This document shows, piece by piece, positions 48,769 to 62,300 of a stretch of DNA of 64,000 nt. Numbering within the stretch: position 1 is the stretch's first letter; the number at the start of each line of letters is the position of its first letter. The position numbers were made by a program, and so were the translations under genes. The stretch is from Spizellomyces punctatus DAOM BR117. Its lineage: Eukaryota. The DNA is taken from NCBI GenBank assembly GCA_000182565.2, contig KQ257453.1, one strand, 5' to 3'. The notes beneath the pieces were generated by a model, which saw only the letters and a program-made list of their open reading frames with translations, was not told the DNA's origin and did not search any database.

Positions 48769-51265
48769 AGCCTGTTGCTGCGCTGTTTGTTGGCTGGGTG
48801 CCTGACCCTGTCCAGGCTGCTGAGGGCGGTTTTTATCAGTAATTTCATGGATGGGTGGGAGCTTATACTGACCATATGCAGCATATTGCGGTGGATAGCT
48901 TGCGAATCCGGCACTTTCGTCTGGCCCAGGGGCTTTTTGTGGAGTACCACCCGATCGTGCGTCACGAGAACCTGTTTGTTGACCGCCCATTGCAGTTTCA
49001 TTTCCTGTGGCAGGCGGTCCCGCTGGAGCCGTCTGATAAGCGTACGACATGCCTGCAGCAGGAGGCTGCGGTGCCGCAGAGCCACCTGATGTTGGCGGGT
49101 ACGGGGCACCCCCATAATAAGGGGCATGTCCAACATGGGCACCTGGATGAGGTGCCGAATACGGTTTGTCTGAACTATGCATATGGTGCGGGTACTCTGC
49201 ATGTTGGGGAGGGCGCACAGTGCCGGCGGCATCCGTGGAAGGATGAGGCGGCGGGACGTGAAAGTTGGAATTAAACGAGTAATTGGGTGGATACTTTGCG
49301 ACATGCGCATGGACGTCCGGCTTGTAATCTCCAGGCTTTGGTGCGGCAGGATGATGGCCGTAATAAGGGCCAGATGGTGGCGGTGGTACACCTGCATGCT
49401 CATTACTCACTTGCGTGGGAGGCCGTGCTTGAGGGTCATCATATCCATGTGCTGTCATATACGGACCTGGTCCATAAGCCGGATGACGAGGATACTCCCG
49501 ATGATGCCAGTCCGCCATGGACCTCTCATGGTCACGAGGAGCATAATGATGAGGCGGGTAGCCCGGCCGTTGATTGACATCGTAAGGAACAGGATATTCT
49601 TCTGGGCCGGACGGTCCACCAGTTGGCGGCGGTGGATACGGTGCACCTGACTCGTAGTGGGGTATGGGCGCGTAGTGAGGCGGAACACTCGACTGGTACG
49701 GATCACCATGACCGGGCCACACTTTTGGCTGCATGCCAGGCATCGGCCCGTAATGAGGGTAAACATGCCCGGATGAATCATGTGGCAAATGCCCGTAATG
49801 GCGGGGATCCGGATGTCCCATTGAGTTCATGGGTCTTGATGGATCATATCCATCCATACGACGATCGTACCCAGGGAAGGGCTGCTGACCATGTGCCAGC
49901 TTATCACTTCCATCTTTCTGTTAGCATCGGGATGGAATATCGATAAGCAATTCGATGCGACTTTGCTGGTTTAGCTGATAAGCTACTTACAGCAGATGAA
50001 TCCTTGCTATTTCTGTCAATGCGGCGTCGTTGGGCGGGTTCACTGCGACCGTCGTCCGAAAAACCAGATTCGGATCCATTATCACTGCCATCCATGCTCG
50101 CACGCCGACTCTTTTTACGTCCACGTTTTTTGGGATCTGGGCTATCCTCTGCGTCATTGTTGCCCTTTTTTCCTCGTCCCCTTAAAATACCATCACGTAA
50201 GTTTACAATTCGACAGCAAGTCAGCTACAAATTGAAACGCACTTGCGCATCCGCAACTCTTTGCGGATTCTTATTTTTAGACCTTGTTCAGCAAAAGTTC
50301 TCGAGAGAAACGTTGATTCTAAAAACAGTTGATCATGTGAGCTGACTGTATTCAATCATGCACCAAATCAGCAAAGACTGACCTTCCATGCCAGGGAACT
50401 TTTTGGCTGGATACACGTCTGTTGAAAGCCAAGGTTACAACAGCGATTTTGACTCATAAATGGTGCATGAGAGCGCTTACTAAACACATCTGAGCATATG
50501 GATGTGCAATAATATATTTCCGTGTTGATAATTTCGAATAAGGAGAACTGTGGATGCAAAACCAGCGTCACTAAGATGTTACACACAGTGTACGTACGGA
50601 AGCGCTACACACCTTTAAGCGATAAGCTCCTTCCATTCGGACAGAGAGATCCGGAAAGACGAAAAATGCGCCATCCTTATTGTCCAAATCTTTCAAACGA
50701 TAGAGAGAAGAGACGATGGAGCCTGTGGTGGACCGCGTCTTGCCGTCACGCAGCAAATGAAGCTCCTCCTCGCTGTCTGGAGAAATCAAGGACGCATACA
50801 TAAAGTAGTACGGATTGTATAGATACGAGCTGAAAGTCATGGTGACCATGTCAATACGTTGTCCAGTGCAGTCTGATCTCTTAGACATTGTACCGAACGA
50901 CTTACTTTTCATCTGCCGAGGTAGTATTTTGAATTTCCAATTGCTAAAAGATTGCCAGTGATGAGCCCGGATCAAAATCACACAAAAACCACTGACATGA
51001 AACTTACAATAAATTGGAGGAGGATCTAGCGGACGGCGGTCCACTTTTTCTCCAAATCCACACATTCGCGAGTGCTTTGGCTGTTGTCGCAATTTGAGCA
51101 CATAATTCCTGGCAGAATGAGCAGATGAGTCTCATGGCACAAGTGGTGGGCAGAATGCTTTCAGAGCATGGCTTACCTGCTGGTCCGCTGACGAGGACTT
51201 TGACTCAGAGTAATAAATTGGTAAGGGTTGTTGTCACTCGAGCTTCCCGTGGCCGTGGAAGACAT
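48652..51265 (-). CDS. Velvet-domain transcription regulator (VosA/VelC-like layout), with apparent 1-nt frameshift near 51012
   Basis: LRQQPKHSRMCGFGEKVDRRPLDPPPI, YFMYASL, TGSIVSSLYRLKD..GAFFVFPDLSVRMEGAYRLK|FSLFEI, VYPAKKFPGME|ESTFLSRTFAEQGLKIRIR, followed by a basic NLS-like block and a Pro/His/Tyr/Gln-rich tail. Confidence 0.9.
48739..48768 (-). repeat. (CAG)10 encoding polyglutamine in the velvet tail
   Basis: Perfect (CTG)10 on the + strand. Confidence 0.95.
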
Positions 51266-52049
51266 TGTCGCGCTGGGAGCTAGACACATTTTCCCGAAAT
51301 TGCGGAAATCAGAGTGGGCAACGTCAGACCATTTGCAACTTCTTCAGAAACCAATACGATAGGACAGATAAACATACCTTTGGCGTGTCGTTGAAATCAA
51401 CTGACAATGGGCAGATCAAAAATCCGGGAACCGAGAGAAAACGATCGTGAGCCAAACCATCCTTCACAAGAGAGACACTGACCATGCCAATGACGGTTAC
51501 CTGTCAAGGCCAGGAAACACTTGTTTACCAAAGTCTACGCGTTCCGAACGGTCGACACGGTATCCAAGTTTAGCGCACAAGCCGAAGGAACCCGGCAGTG
51601 GGATGGGGGGAAACCTCCGCCCCCAAAACGACGAGGTGACAACCCTCGAGACAAGAGGCACAGAGGGAGAAGCAACTCCCTTCTTTGTTTAACAAGCAGC
51701 TGTGTGTTGTGTATAAAAAAAAACAAGATCCCGTTCAAAAATCGTTAACCCAAGGGTGGTGAAAAAGTAGGGCGGGTATTAGGATGGGGTGGGATGGTGC
51801 GGGGGGAAGAGAGCAAGTGGGCGTGCTTGGAACGCGGTTTCTTTCACCGATGGTATGGAACAGCCCCAGCAAAACAGAAAAATGCTGTGGCTCAGGAAAG
51901 GCGATTGAGAGGAGGGGCCAAGACTCCCAAACAATCTTTTAGATTTGATTGGTGGATTTACATGGCACAGTGACTAATAAGTATGATTTTGTGTGTTGGA
52001 CATTTGGACGTGACGCTTCTTTACCTGGGTAACTGTTCTTGGCTTTTTA

Positions 52050-52082
52050 ACACACACACACACGCATACGCATACGCATACG
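52050..52082. repeat. Compound microsatellite (AC)n(GCATAC)3
   Basis: ACACACACACACACGCATACGCATACGCATACG in the velvet/F-BAR intergenic region. Confidence 0.85.
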
Positions 52083-52752
52083 GGATGTGTGGACAAGAGT
52101 ATCTCATGGCAATGCATAGTGCTTCTTGTCATCAAACGTATCTGGATTGGTACCATCATACATACACAACACACAAAACATACACACACACCCATGCAAG
52201 CCAAAAAAAGAACTCGTTGCCATGATTGGCGCTTTGCCATATGGGATTCACAGTTGGATCCCCCCCTTCGTCGGTCGTTGCCATTGTCCCCACTAGTTCT
52301 CCATGTCGCTTGACGCTCCGGTGTGCATCCGAGCTAGATTATCTAATATCCTCCAAGAACACCCAAGTTGTTGGACAATGCCCTGGATCCGAGGAGGAGG
52401 CACATGGTCGCTCTTGTCCTGGAACTCCGGACAACGGCACCCCATGATATGGTATCGTTGTCTGTGTATGGTTATATGTGCGGCGCAGTCGCTTATGTCA
52501 GAAAGGCTTTGCTCGTCAATGGGCTATTTATATCCTGCTCTTAAAGTTGTGTTAAAAGCAGGATGCAAAGGGATATGCGTCAATATCCGGCTGTTTTTCA
52601 TTATCGCCGGATCCCCAAGAAAATGCTGTGCCTTTCCGTAAACCAACGCAATGACTCGTGCTGTCGCATCATTTTAAAAAAGTTGTCCACGGTTGTCGTT
52701 AGGAATAGATTTTTATATCATTCCCATCCTTTTTATACAGAGGATATCTCCA

Positions 52753-55623
52753 ATGACAACAGATGCATGCCTGAGATTTCGGGACAACTTTTGGGTATGT
52801 CGGTTAAAGTGTTGTTATGTTTATTATACAAGTCTTGGCAAGGATGTTCACCTTTGTCCACACGTTTCGCGAAAAGGCGGATGACGGCCGAGGGTTCTCG
52901 GTACTCAACAACAAGTTGGCGTCGAGCATAGAATGTACAAAGGAGCTGGCTGAGATGTTGAGCGTGAGGTCAGAGGGTATCGTCCGCTACTTGGCTCTCG
53001 CGCTTCGTTCCAACGAGCTTTTGATCTACTCAGGGCATGTTTTGAAGAAGAATATGCAAAAAGTATGGCAAACATGCTAAAGGCCTGCTGTAATAAACAT
53101 GACTCTGGGTGAGCCTTTGCTTGTTTGGAGACCCGACGTGCCATAATGTACTAATGCAAACTCTGCAGATCAGTACGAATCGCTGGTGAACGCATTACCC
53201 ACCTGAGCAACGTGATCGTCAATTCGCACTCACAGCTTGCGTTCAAAATTCGAACTGATATAGAGCCCCCCGTCCTTGCCTTTCGCCAAGTGCAAAAACG
53301 TTTGAAGAAAACTGCCGAGGCAGAGTTTGAAAAGTTTACGAAAGCTCTGGATAAAAATATGGCGAATGTTCAGAAAGCGAGCAACATCTACGCAGCAAAG
53401 TGCAGAGAGTTGATTCAAGCAAACGAAAAAGCTTCCAACAATGGAGGAAAGGATCGCACTCAAGACAAGGCAGTTCACTGCAGGATCGAGATGGAACAGG
53501 CTGAAGCGGAATATAAAGCTGCTATCGCACGATTGGACAAAATGCAAGACTCTTGGGAAGAGAAAATGCGCGAAATAGCAGATCAAATTGAAAAATCCGA
53601 GCAAGATCGAATCGAGATTACAAAGCAGACGCTTCGTTCCCTGACAGATATCCAGTTTGAATTGTTTGCCTTTGCCGCGAACCGTGCAATGGACGGCATG
53701 CGTCGGGCCGTTGACCTGATTGATCCAGCGGCAGACAATGATAACTTTGTTGTGTCTTGCCGGACTGGCAGTGAACCGCCAGCCCGCGTGAAATTTCAAA
53801 GCTATTTTTCGGCAGCTAACAACACCGATGGCAACAAGACTGTGCTCCTGCGGGTGAAGAGCTCCGAAGCGTTGAGATCACCTAGCCGAGCAGAATCAGC
53901 TGAATCACTACCACTCACAGCGTCAGACAGATCAAACCCCGCGATGGAGCAACAGTTGGCGCAACTTCAAGTACAAAATGGACAGCTCTTGCGAGAGTTG
54001 GCCGAGTTATCCGAGAAGAGTGGTACACTCTCTAGATCTAATACATCCTCGCTCACCTTTGCCCGACGAGCCAAGCAACAAGTTCTTACAATGCTGAACG
54101 ATGCCACGCGGACCAAGGGCAGAGTTTACCAGCACCGTTCTGCTAACGACATCAGGACTATATTTGGTGAAACAACAACTAAGGGACGCGAGCGCCGCGA
54201 AAGTGAAGATTATGTGGAAGAGTTCGCTTTCCCGAATACTCCTGCGCCATCGCCCGCAGCACATACTGGTATGCTCCGCGCATCGTCAACAGGAGTTCTG
54301 ACAAATGTTCGGCAAACGTCAAACGAGTCCATGCTCCAAACTATATTCCCGAAAGAAGGAGAAGGAATGCCTCCTGCTACTTTGGTAAAAGTCAACCCCC
54401 TTGTTGATCAACAGATTGAAGAATGCGTACAAAGGAATGGAGGTCAGGATGGAGACAGTGCCGAAGGAACGTTTTTGCCTGCGTCAGCCTTTACACCGCT
54501 TCTTGCTGTAGACGTAATGCATGGACTTGGGCTTCAGCAGCACGATGACGCTGAACCCGTTACAAAATCCCAGGAAGACAGTTCTTCATCCGCTCGTCCA
54601 TTGGTTAGTCCCCTGCCAAATCTCAGAAGCGTCTCGATCCGGCGACCAAACATACGACCATTATCTGTGAGCGGCAAGATTGCTGGAACTGCGAGGTCGG
54701 CCAGCTCCATTGCACCGCTGGAAATGGGTGTTGAGGTGTCCCTGCTTGGTGCATTTGATCATGAAATTGCGAGGCACTCTCGCACGCCGTCTCAAAACAC
54801 TGCAGCTAGTGACCTCGACTTTCCCAGACATGTGAGAACCTCTTCTCAACAATCTGGTGCTAGTGACCTCGATATTCAAAGGCATACAAGAACGCCTTCT
54901 CAACTCACTGGCAGTGATATCGAAGTTTCAAAGCACACGAGAACGCCCTCCCAGAACAGCCGCCACAGCATCGATGTTCCAACTTCTCCATCGTCATCGA
55001 CAGCCAGATCCGTGCCATGGATAGCGCCTACCACTGTTCGTCAGCATGCTCCTACACCTCCCTATCTCCTCCTCTCCGCGCCCGTTGAAGGTTCACACGC
55101 ACCGCTCCCATACACGTTCCAACGAGCTGGCCCATCATCAGCGCCCATCCCTTCCTCAACTCCCCTTCTCCCACCCTCTTCATCCCCACCCCAACAACTA
55201 CCCGCCGCTCCTCTTCCACTGATCCCAAAGCTCACTACGGACCAGATCAAACACGCGTCTCACCTTTTTCTTTACGACGACATTCTCAGCATCTGGACTA
55301 GAAGATGGTGTGTGGCTGAAGGCGGGCTCTTGTGGGTGTTTGATCAGCAAGATCAAGCCCAGTCGGACAGCAAACCACGGAGTACCATTAATCTGAAAAA
55401 AGCAGAGGTGGTATCTGCCGAGGCAGGAACAGAACCTCTGGAGGGAAAGGAATACGTTTTTACAGTATTGACCAGTGACCCAAAGCGGAAACTGGTTCTC
55501 AAAGCTGAAAATCAGGAAGATTTGAGGTAACTATTGCCAAACTATGCTGCTAGCCGATGGACGTATTTTGACATTCTATTTCTTCACAGGAAATGGATGG
55601 AGGCCGTCGACGGATTTCAATAA
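52753..55623 (+). CDS. F-BAR (FCH) domain protein with C-terminal PH domain
   Basis: FRDNFW|ADDGRGFSVL, ELAEML..R|A.FEEEYAK, EQDRIEITKQTL, IDPAADNDNFV...RTG. C-terminal WTRRWCV..GGLLWVF..KPRSTINL..YVFTV..LVLKAENQEDLR|KWMEAV. Confidence 0.88.
54772..54954 (+). repeat. Four 51-54 bp coding repeats, each carrying (R/K)HxRT(P/S)SQ
   Basis: Units start at 54772, 54826, 54880 and 54931; GCTAGTGACCTCGA recurs at the DNA level. Confidence 0.9.
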
Positions 55624-56375
55624 TGCAAAATCTATCCATTGATTTTTTTGGGCCAATTATTATTCGTATAGACGTTAATTTACTGGTCTTTGTACATGGT
55701 AGAATAGCTTAATTGACAATACTTTATTCCCGTGCATCTGCCGGTTGACGGGCGCGCGCCTTTGACACGGCATCGAAATCTGACAGAGTGACAACAAGCA
55801 GAACCTTGGTGAAACGCTATCGAGGAGATACCTCTGTACAGATTCAGAGTGCCTACGTCAATGGTATTTTGGACGACCTATTTTGTGAATTAGGCTCACA
55901 CGGACAATGCAATTAACGGAGACGAGGGGGCATCTCCAGTCTCCATACTGTGCTCATTCGACAGCGCATACAAACTCATGGGCGGACAAGTTAGGATAAG
56001 TATCTTGGATATGATCGCAGAAAGCGGACACAGTTCTTGTGGACGACGGTACACAGTGAAGCTCTGGCCCGCACGCTAGTATCAAATGATCACCTTAACC
56101 GGCACTGTCGGCGTTCGCGTCGGACTCTGTTGAAGAAGCTGCTGAAAGGAACTCCTGCAATCTGGAAAGACTTGCTGTTAGCATGGATTTTCGGCATGCC
56201 AAAAAGAAAAAGAAGCTTGCAAAAGATGTCAGGAACTCATCGACTCGTCTGTTCGTGTTGATTACGTTGTTGGTTGGAGTGACATTTAATCTATTCGAAA
56301 TTCATTCATCGGCTCACTCGCCTAGACTTTTACCATCTCGCAATCTCCCTACCCAATCCTACCTCACAAAATTCA

Positions 56376-59061
56376 ATGGCAATGTCACCAGTATCAAACA
56401 CCTTTGACAGATCGTCGTCTCTAAGACAAGTTTCGAGTGCACATGACGAGTCATCCCAACGCAGAACTGTCTATGTTGCCGTACCCAGAGATCATGACCA
56501 CGTATCACTTCGCGAGATCCTCCTGGATACCGTCGACGGCATATCAAAAATCCACTTTGCACACGGCAACCTCTTTCTCATCTTTAATAATTCATCCCAA
56601 GCCGACGCTGCGATCGCCACCATCAATGACTCTTTGCACATCAAAGCCCAAGTGGCACGCACTGATCTACATGACGACACACACAATCCCGACCAACGAC
56701 GACATTCAAATGAGCCAAGTGCCACCCTCATCATTTCAGCACCGAGATTTTTTACAAAAGATCTACTGGAGCGACTTTTACAAACGTATCCTGGATTCGA
56801 GTCCACAGATGGCCGTAAGGCGCATTTTTCGGATGCCATATGGGCCTGCAAAGCCTTGGTTGATGTGAACTCGGGGACAAACCTCACAGCACAATTTGGC
56901 CGGCTGGCACAGAGTCTTGAGGTGGAGCGAAATGGAGATGAACGGCCAAAGGTCACTGTAGGGGAAGGTCGAGTTCGCATATCAAGGTCGGTGGAGATCC
57001 GGGACATTCCACGCAGTTCAAACTTTTCCCTTGTTAAAGACATGCTCGGGATGCTATCGCTTTACCGAGGATTTGTCAAAGTTGCATTCCAGCCGGGAAA
57101 TGTATGTTTTGTGGATTTTGCGGATCCGGAATCCGCAACAACTGCCATCTCTCGGATTCGAGCGACGACTCAAATGACTGCAGTAGCTGCTTTCAAACGA
57201 CCGAACGATCCGGGGCATTTCCCACTGGAGAGACTCGCATCTGCCCTGTTTGTTCGATTGGAGCCATTTCTAAAGGAGAAGGATGCGCGAGCACTATTTG
57301 ATGCTATGGAAGGGTTCCAGGAAATTGTCGCTGCAGGGCAGAATCACTGTATTGTGCGATTTAATTCAACGACATCCGCGCAAGAGGCCCTTGAACACCT
57401 GCGTCGGGCGACGAATCTTGTCATTAATTATGCAAAAAATCAACGGCGAGGCCAATCTGCATCAAAGTCACTTCCCAATCCTACCGGGAAATCAGTAGAG
57501 GTACGACATTCGGCCGACATGAACGAGCTACCGGGAGTAAGGGTAACAAACCCTCCGTTCGGTGCAAACGCAAAGGAATTATTCTCCATTTACAATGGGT
57601 TCAAGCGCCTCATTTGCGATGAAGATGGATCATTGATTGGTCTTTACGAATCAGAAGATGCCGCAAAACGCGCTCTCGCCGAGCTTCGTCGCTCCTTGAG
57701 CTCTGAACCGACATTGGTGCGAAAGTCATACTCAACGTACCGACCATCTGACGATGTTGTACCGTCCGCCGTACTTTACGTGGATCTTCACGCTGCCCTC
57801 ACTGAAGGCCAGGCGAAGAGACTATTGTCCGCGTACAATGGATTTGTAGATTTCAAAGTATTTATGAAAACCTCTGGAGACCAATACGGCCTCGTACAAT
57901 ACGCATCGTTAGCGCATGCGAAAATCGCGTTGGAGGATATATTGGCTACAACAAATTTGCGGGTCAACTATTCCAGAAAAGGTGAAACAGCTTTTGGCGC
58001 TGGCGGTAACCAAGTGCCGAAGCGCAGAGGGTCATCCAGATCCGGAGGATCGTCGACAGTAGCAAGCCGAGAAAATGTTTCTACAAGATTGGATGAGGAC
58101 GAGATTGAATTTGACAAGACATCTCCGCCGCAGCTGAAAAACTCTATCGTTGATGAATCGGCCAGAACACCCACTACTGCCGGCCCGAAATCCACCTTAC
58201 ACCTTACCTCACCACCACCCAACAAAGCTGTCCTTAAAAACTTTCTAATTAATCAAGTGGGCGCTACCCGAGTTATGCTCAAACGCCTAACACGTCCCAA
58301 CCTGTCTACAACGGGCGGTGACTACTGTTTTGTACTTTTCACCACTGCCGAAGCAGCCAGCCGAGCCATCCCCAAAATTGTCGAACGGTGGCCGGCATGC
58401 AGCGTCGATTACGCTCGCAACGAATACGTATCTGAGACTGTCAATGAATTGGAGATTGGAAAAGAATCCAAAGTTCTGTACATTTTGACGCTGTATTCGG
58501 TAACTTACAGCGAATTGGATGAGATTTTGAGAGAATATGAGGGATACAAGGAATTGGAGGTATGCGTACAGTATCACTCTTACATAATTTGTTTCGTATC
58601 CTCATGTAGCTGTTTTTCAGTATGCCCCTCATCACTCGCGAGCATATTTCAACACCGTCGCGAACGCCCGCAACGCATTAGAAGACCTCAATAAAACAAC
58701 AGGATTCCAATGCGCCTTTTCAAACGTCTCGAATCAACGCTCTCATCCTGACTCTGCTAAACGCGGAAACCGCCGCATCCAAGGTCGACACGTGAATGGA
58801 AGTGCTGTCGATGATACCAGATCCACTGATCAGTGGGATAAGGACCGTGATGATGCTAATGAAGGTGAAGGTACGAAAATGAAAAAGGAGACTGAAAAAC
58901 CGCTGAAAACGAGGAGGTATAAGCATTCGGGGCCTGGTAGTGGGAGTGGGAGTGATAAAAACAGACGCAACGGCAGTGGGACAGAGAATGGTGCGAAAAG
59001 AGAGGTCGCTGATGTGGTGCAGGCTTCTGAACCCGCTTTCTTGAATGATGTGCAGCGGTAA
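56376..59061 (+). CDS. Multi-RRM RNA-binding protein (about 8 divergent RRMs)
   Basis: Repeated hydrophobic strand, Y.GF, (C)FV.F...A..Al..l..TNL..Y pattern. Intron 58560-58620 joins the long ORF to the 58621-59061 exon. Confidence 0.8.
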
Positions 59062-59305
59062 AACAAGTTGTAGATTCTGTCATTTCGTGCTCAATGCAGT
59101 GGCGTTGTAGCGTTTCCATCGACAATACAATGATGTTTGCACCCTGGCCTACCTTGTTCCCCTGACTGTTGAGATATGCGTATAGGGTACAAAAAACGTT
59201 GCATAACAGATTACTTATGGCCACAGAAAGTTACTCTTGCATTATATTAATCAATTTTGTTTCGCCTATGAGCCTATGTACACCAACTATGCCAAAAAAA
59301 TTCTC

Positions 59306-62300
59306 TTACAATCTAATGAAATCCAATAGACACAACCCATATTGGAACATCTTCTCCAAAACCTCCCAAGCCTCCGCATGTCTCTTGACCAAAATTTGAA
59401 TCCGCTCCTGCACTCCTGGTTCCATCAAACTGTCGGAATGTATTTTCAATAGTGCATTTAAGCAATATTCGACTGCTTCAAAATCTCTTCGTTTTTCCAA
59501 TTGCCATGCCAGGGCGTCTAGAAACAGTGAAAGAACTTCATTGTTATCGGTGGATGTGGAGAAGGCCATGGTGCGGAGGGTTAGGTCAAGTGCGGATGGG
59601 GATAGGGTTTGAATGTGGGTCATCACGGCCGAATCTGGGTGTGAATAAAGTCAGCTTGAACTCTTCAACCAAGCGAAAAGAACAACCCGGCATGATCAAC
59701 ATACAATCATTCTCCATGCTCCCTTCACGGAGTAATCGCACAAACTCGGGTTCCACATCCGCCCCCGGTAGCCGAATAATGCGGGAACTCTGTCCATCGG
59801 CTTTGTTTTCCGAAGCTGTTGCTCCGAATGTCTGTTCCATCTCACGAAGTGATGGAAGAAAGAACGGAGCCCGTTCAGTTTTTGGGGCTTCTACTGGTTT
59901 ATTTCGTTTCTATTGATGGTGATGGTAAACGTAAGCCATGTGAATCCGAGTTCGAACATGCCTTGGCAAGTATAAACCTACCTTTATGGCCTCCAAACTG
60001 AGCAGATTTTGCCATCGAATCTTTGGAAGTCCAGATAACATGATCAGTGAATCATCAACCACCTCGCCAGGTGGCAATTCGTTCTCCCGGGTCTCTGTCG
60101 GCACTTCTGCGTCTCCCTCCTGAACATCTAGAACAAAAACGAGCATTAGAAATCATCCCAAGTAAAAATGGCTACAGAGAAACCTTACCAGTCTCGTCAT
60201 TGGCCATCTTGGGTAGCTCCAGCTCCACCAAATCCTCATCAGACAGGTTTCGGAACGGGACATTCACAAATTGCATCCGATTTACCCAAAGGAAAATTCC
60301 AATGTGATCCGCATGCGCGGTGGCCAAGAAGTCTCCGGTTGGGGAAAAAGACAAACTTCTAGGCACGCTGTTCACTCGAAACAGGTCTACCATGTATCCT
60401 GTAGGCAGATCCCATGTGCGTATAGTTGCATCTACTGAAGAGGATACTAATAATCGGCCGTCGGGGCTGAAGCACTAAACGACTTATGTTAAATACGCTT
60501 TCGTATGAAATATTCTTGGCATAATACTAGCAACATACCATGTCCGTTATGTGACTGCGATGCCCACTAAACTCTCGAACAATTCTCATGGTTTGTATAT
60601 CCACAACGCGAAGAATGAAGTCATCCGATGAAGCAGCAAGCAACCCGCTTTCCCGGTCTAGCACAATAGAGCCTACGGGTGCTGGCAAGGATATAGTCTG
60701 CAGCAAGGCACCTGATTGGAATGACCAAAACTACTCGACAAAGTCACTTTGAGGATGCTCAAGCACAAAATCTAACTCCGACAACGAACCTTGAGTGTAC
60801 AATCGAGCGATGCAGTGACCACAATCCGGTTCACTCTGTCTGACACGATTCCAACGACTGCTTTTGTGTGCCCGCCATGCTGATTCGAATAAGTCTTTCG
60901 AAGGAGGCCAGACTGAAGGTTGTATCGATCTACTCTGCCCAATGTTGAACCTACGAATCCAAAGTTTCCGCACGCGCTGACTGCGACAGACTGTTGGAAG
61001 CGCATTAGTTTGTGAAATATTTGTTACACGGTGTCTCTCGTCACGTACTTTGATCAAGGAGTTGTCAGTGGACGTGTACGTTCTTTTTGTTATTGGTTTC
61101 CCTCCAAAAGAGCATGTTCGTGCTTGGTAGTCCTTGACATGTGCTGTGATGATGTTGACCGATTTTGATTCTATCCCTTCCGCTTGAGCGAGAGTCAGAC
61201 ACGAATCACTCGATTGCAATTTTTTGTCGGTCACCTACATGCATCAAACTGCGTAACCGCTGGGATGCGTGCATCGTCCAGATGCCCCTTCGCCTTTTGA
61301 TCCCGTAAGGATATCTCCAAACTATTGGAGTCTCGCGTAACAGAAAATAGCCGCAACGCTTGATCGTTACCGGCACTAATGATAGACGAGTGGTCAAACG
61401 GGTGGTATCTGATGCGACTGGGTGGTTCGTGGTGCCCTCCGCGTGATCGTAATAGACGTGGATTTCCTTCCGCGCTATCGAAGATCCATTGCTGAAATCA
61501 TGACAGAGAATTAGACAGGGGTTGCAGACACGATTATGACTCTCGATATTACCTTGATGGCGTTATCTGCTCCAGCTGTTATCAATATCGGTTGGCCAGC
61601 GTAATAGTACAGACTGTGAATTGGCCCTTCATGTGCTCCCTTCGCAATATGTATCAACTGCTGTTTATCGAGATCCCAAATAGCAATATCGCCAGATATG
61701 CTAGCGGTAGCCATATGTGGTTTCTCATCTGCAAACACGTTCAATGAGATCCAAGACGGGCAAGTAGATCTTAGACCGCTAACTACTCACCTGTTCGAAA
61801 GGAGATGGCGGTGACTTTTCCTTCCTGCATCAATCGCATGACTTTTACGTCAACTCTAATGTTATGTAAGATTATAGATCCGTCCATAAGACCAATAGCG
61901 ACCACATCCACAGACGGCGCTTGTGTGAGGAATGTTATGGGTGAGCCAAGAGATGGAAACTCATACAAGAGTCGACTGCAACATGCCATTTGTCAGAGAA
62001 ACGGTAAGAAGCATATAATGCAACGACCGTTGCAACTTACAGCGTCCGAAGGTTCCATAACTGCATAGATCCCTGCTGGCTCCCAAAAAGGATTTTATTC
62101 AAATACGTGCTCGGGTGCATAGCGCACGTTACTCGAAATGATTCTGGAAAAGTAAGCTCATTGTACAATTCTACAATTGATATCAATTAGCATTAACTAC
62201 GCACACACAGGCATCGTTTTCACTCACCTCCGATCGTATGATCCCATATTCTGACCACATTGTCCTTACAAAGTGCCAGCAACAGGTTGCCAAAGACGAC

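Noticed and set aside
48417-49946. Long alternative-frame and antisense ORFs over the velvet tail
   Set aside because: Shadow ORFs caused by GC-rich, low-complexity Pro/Gln codons.
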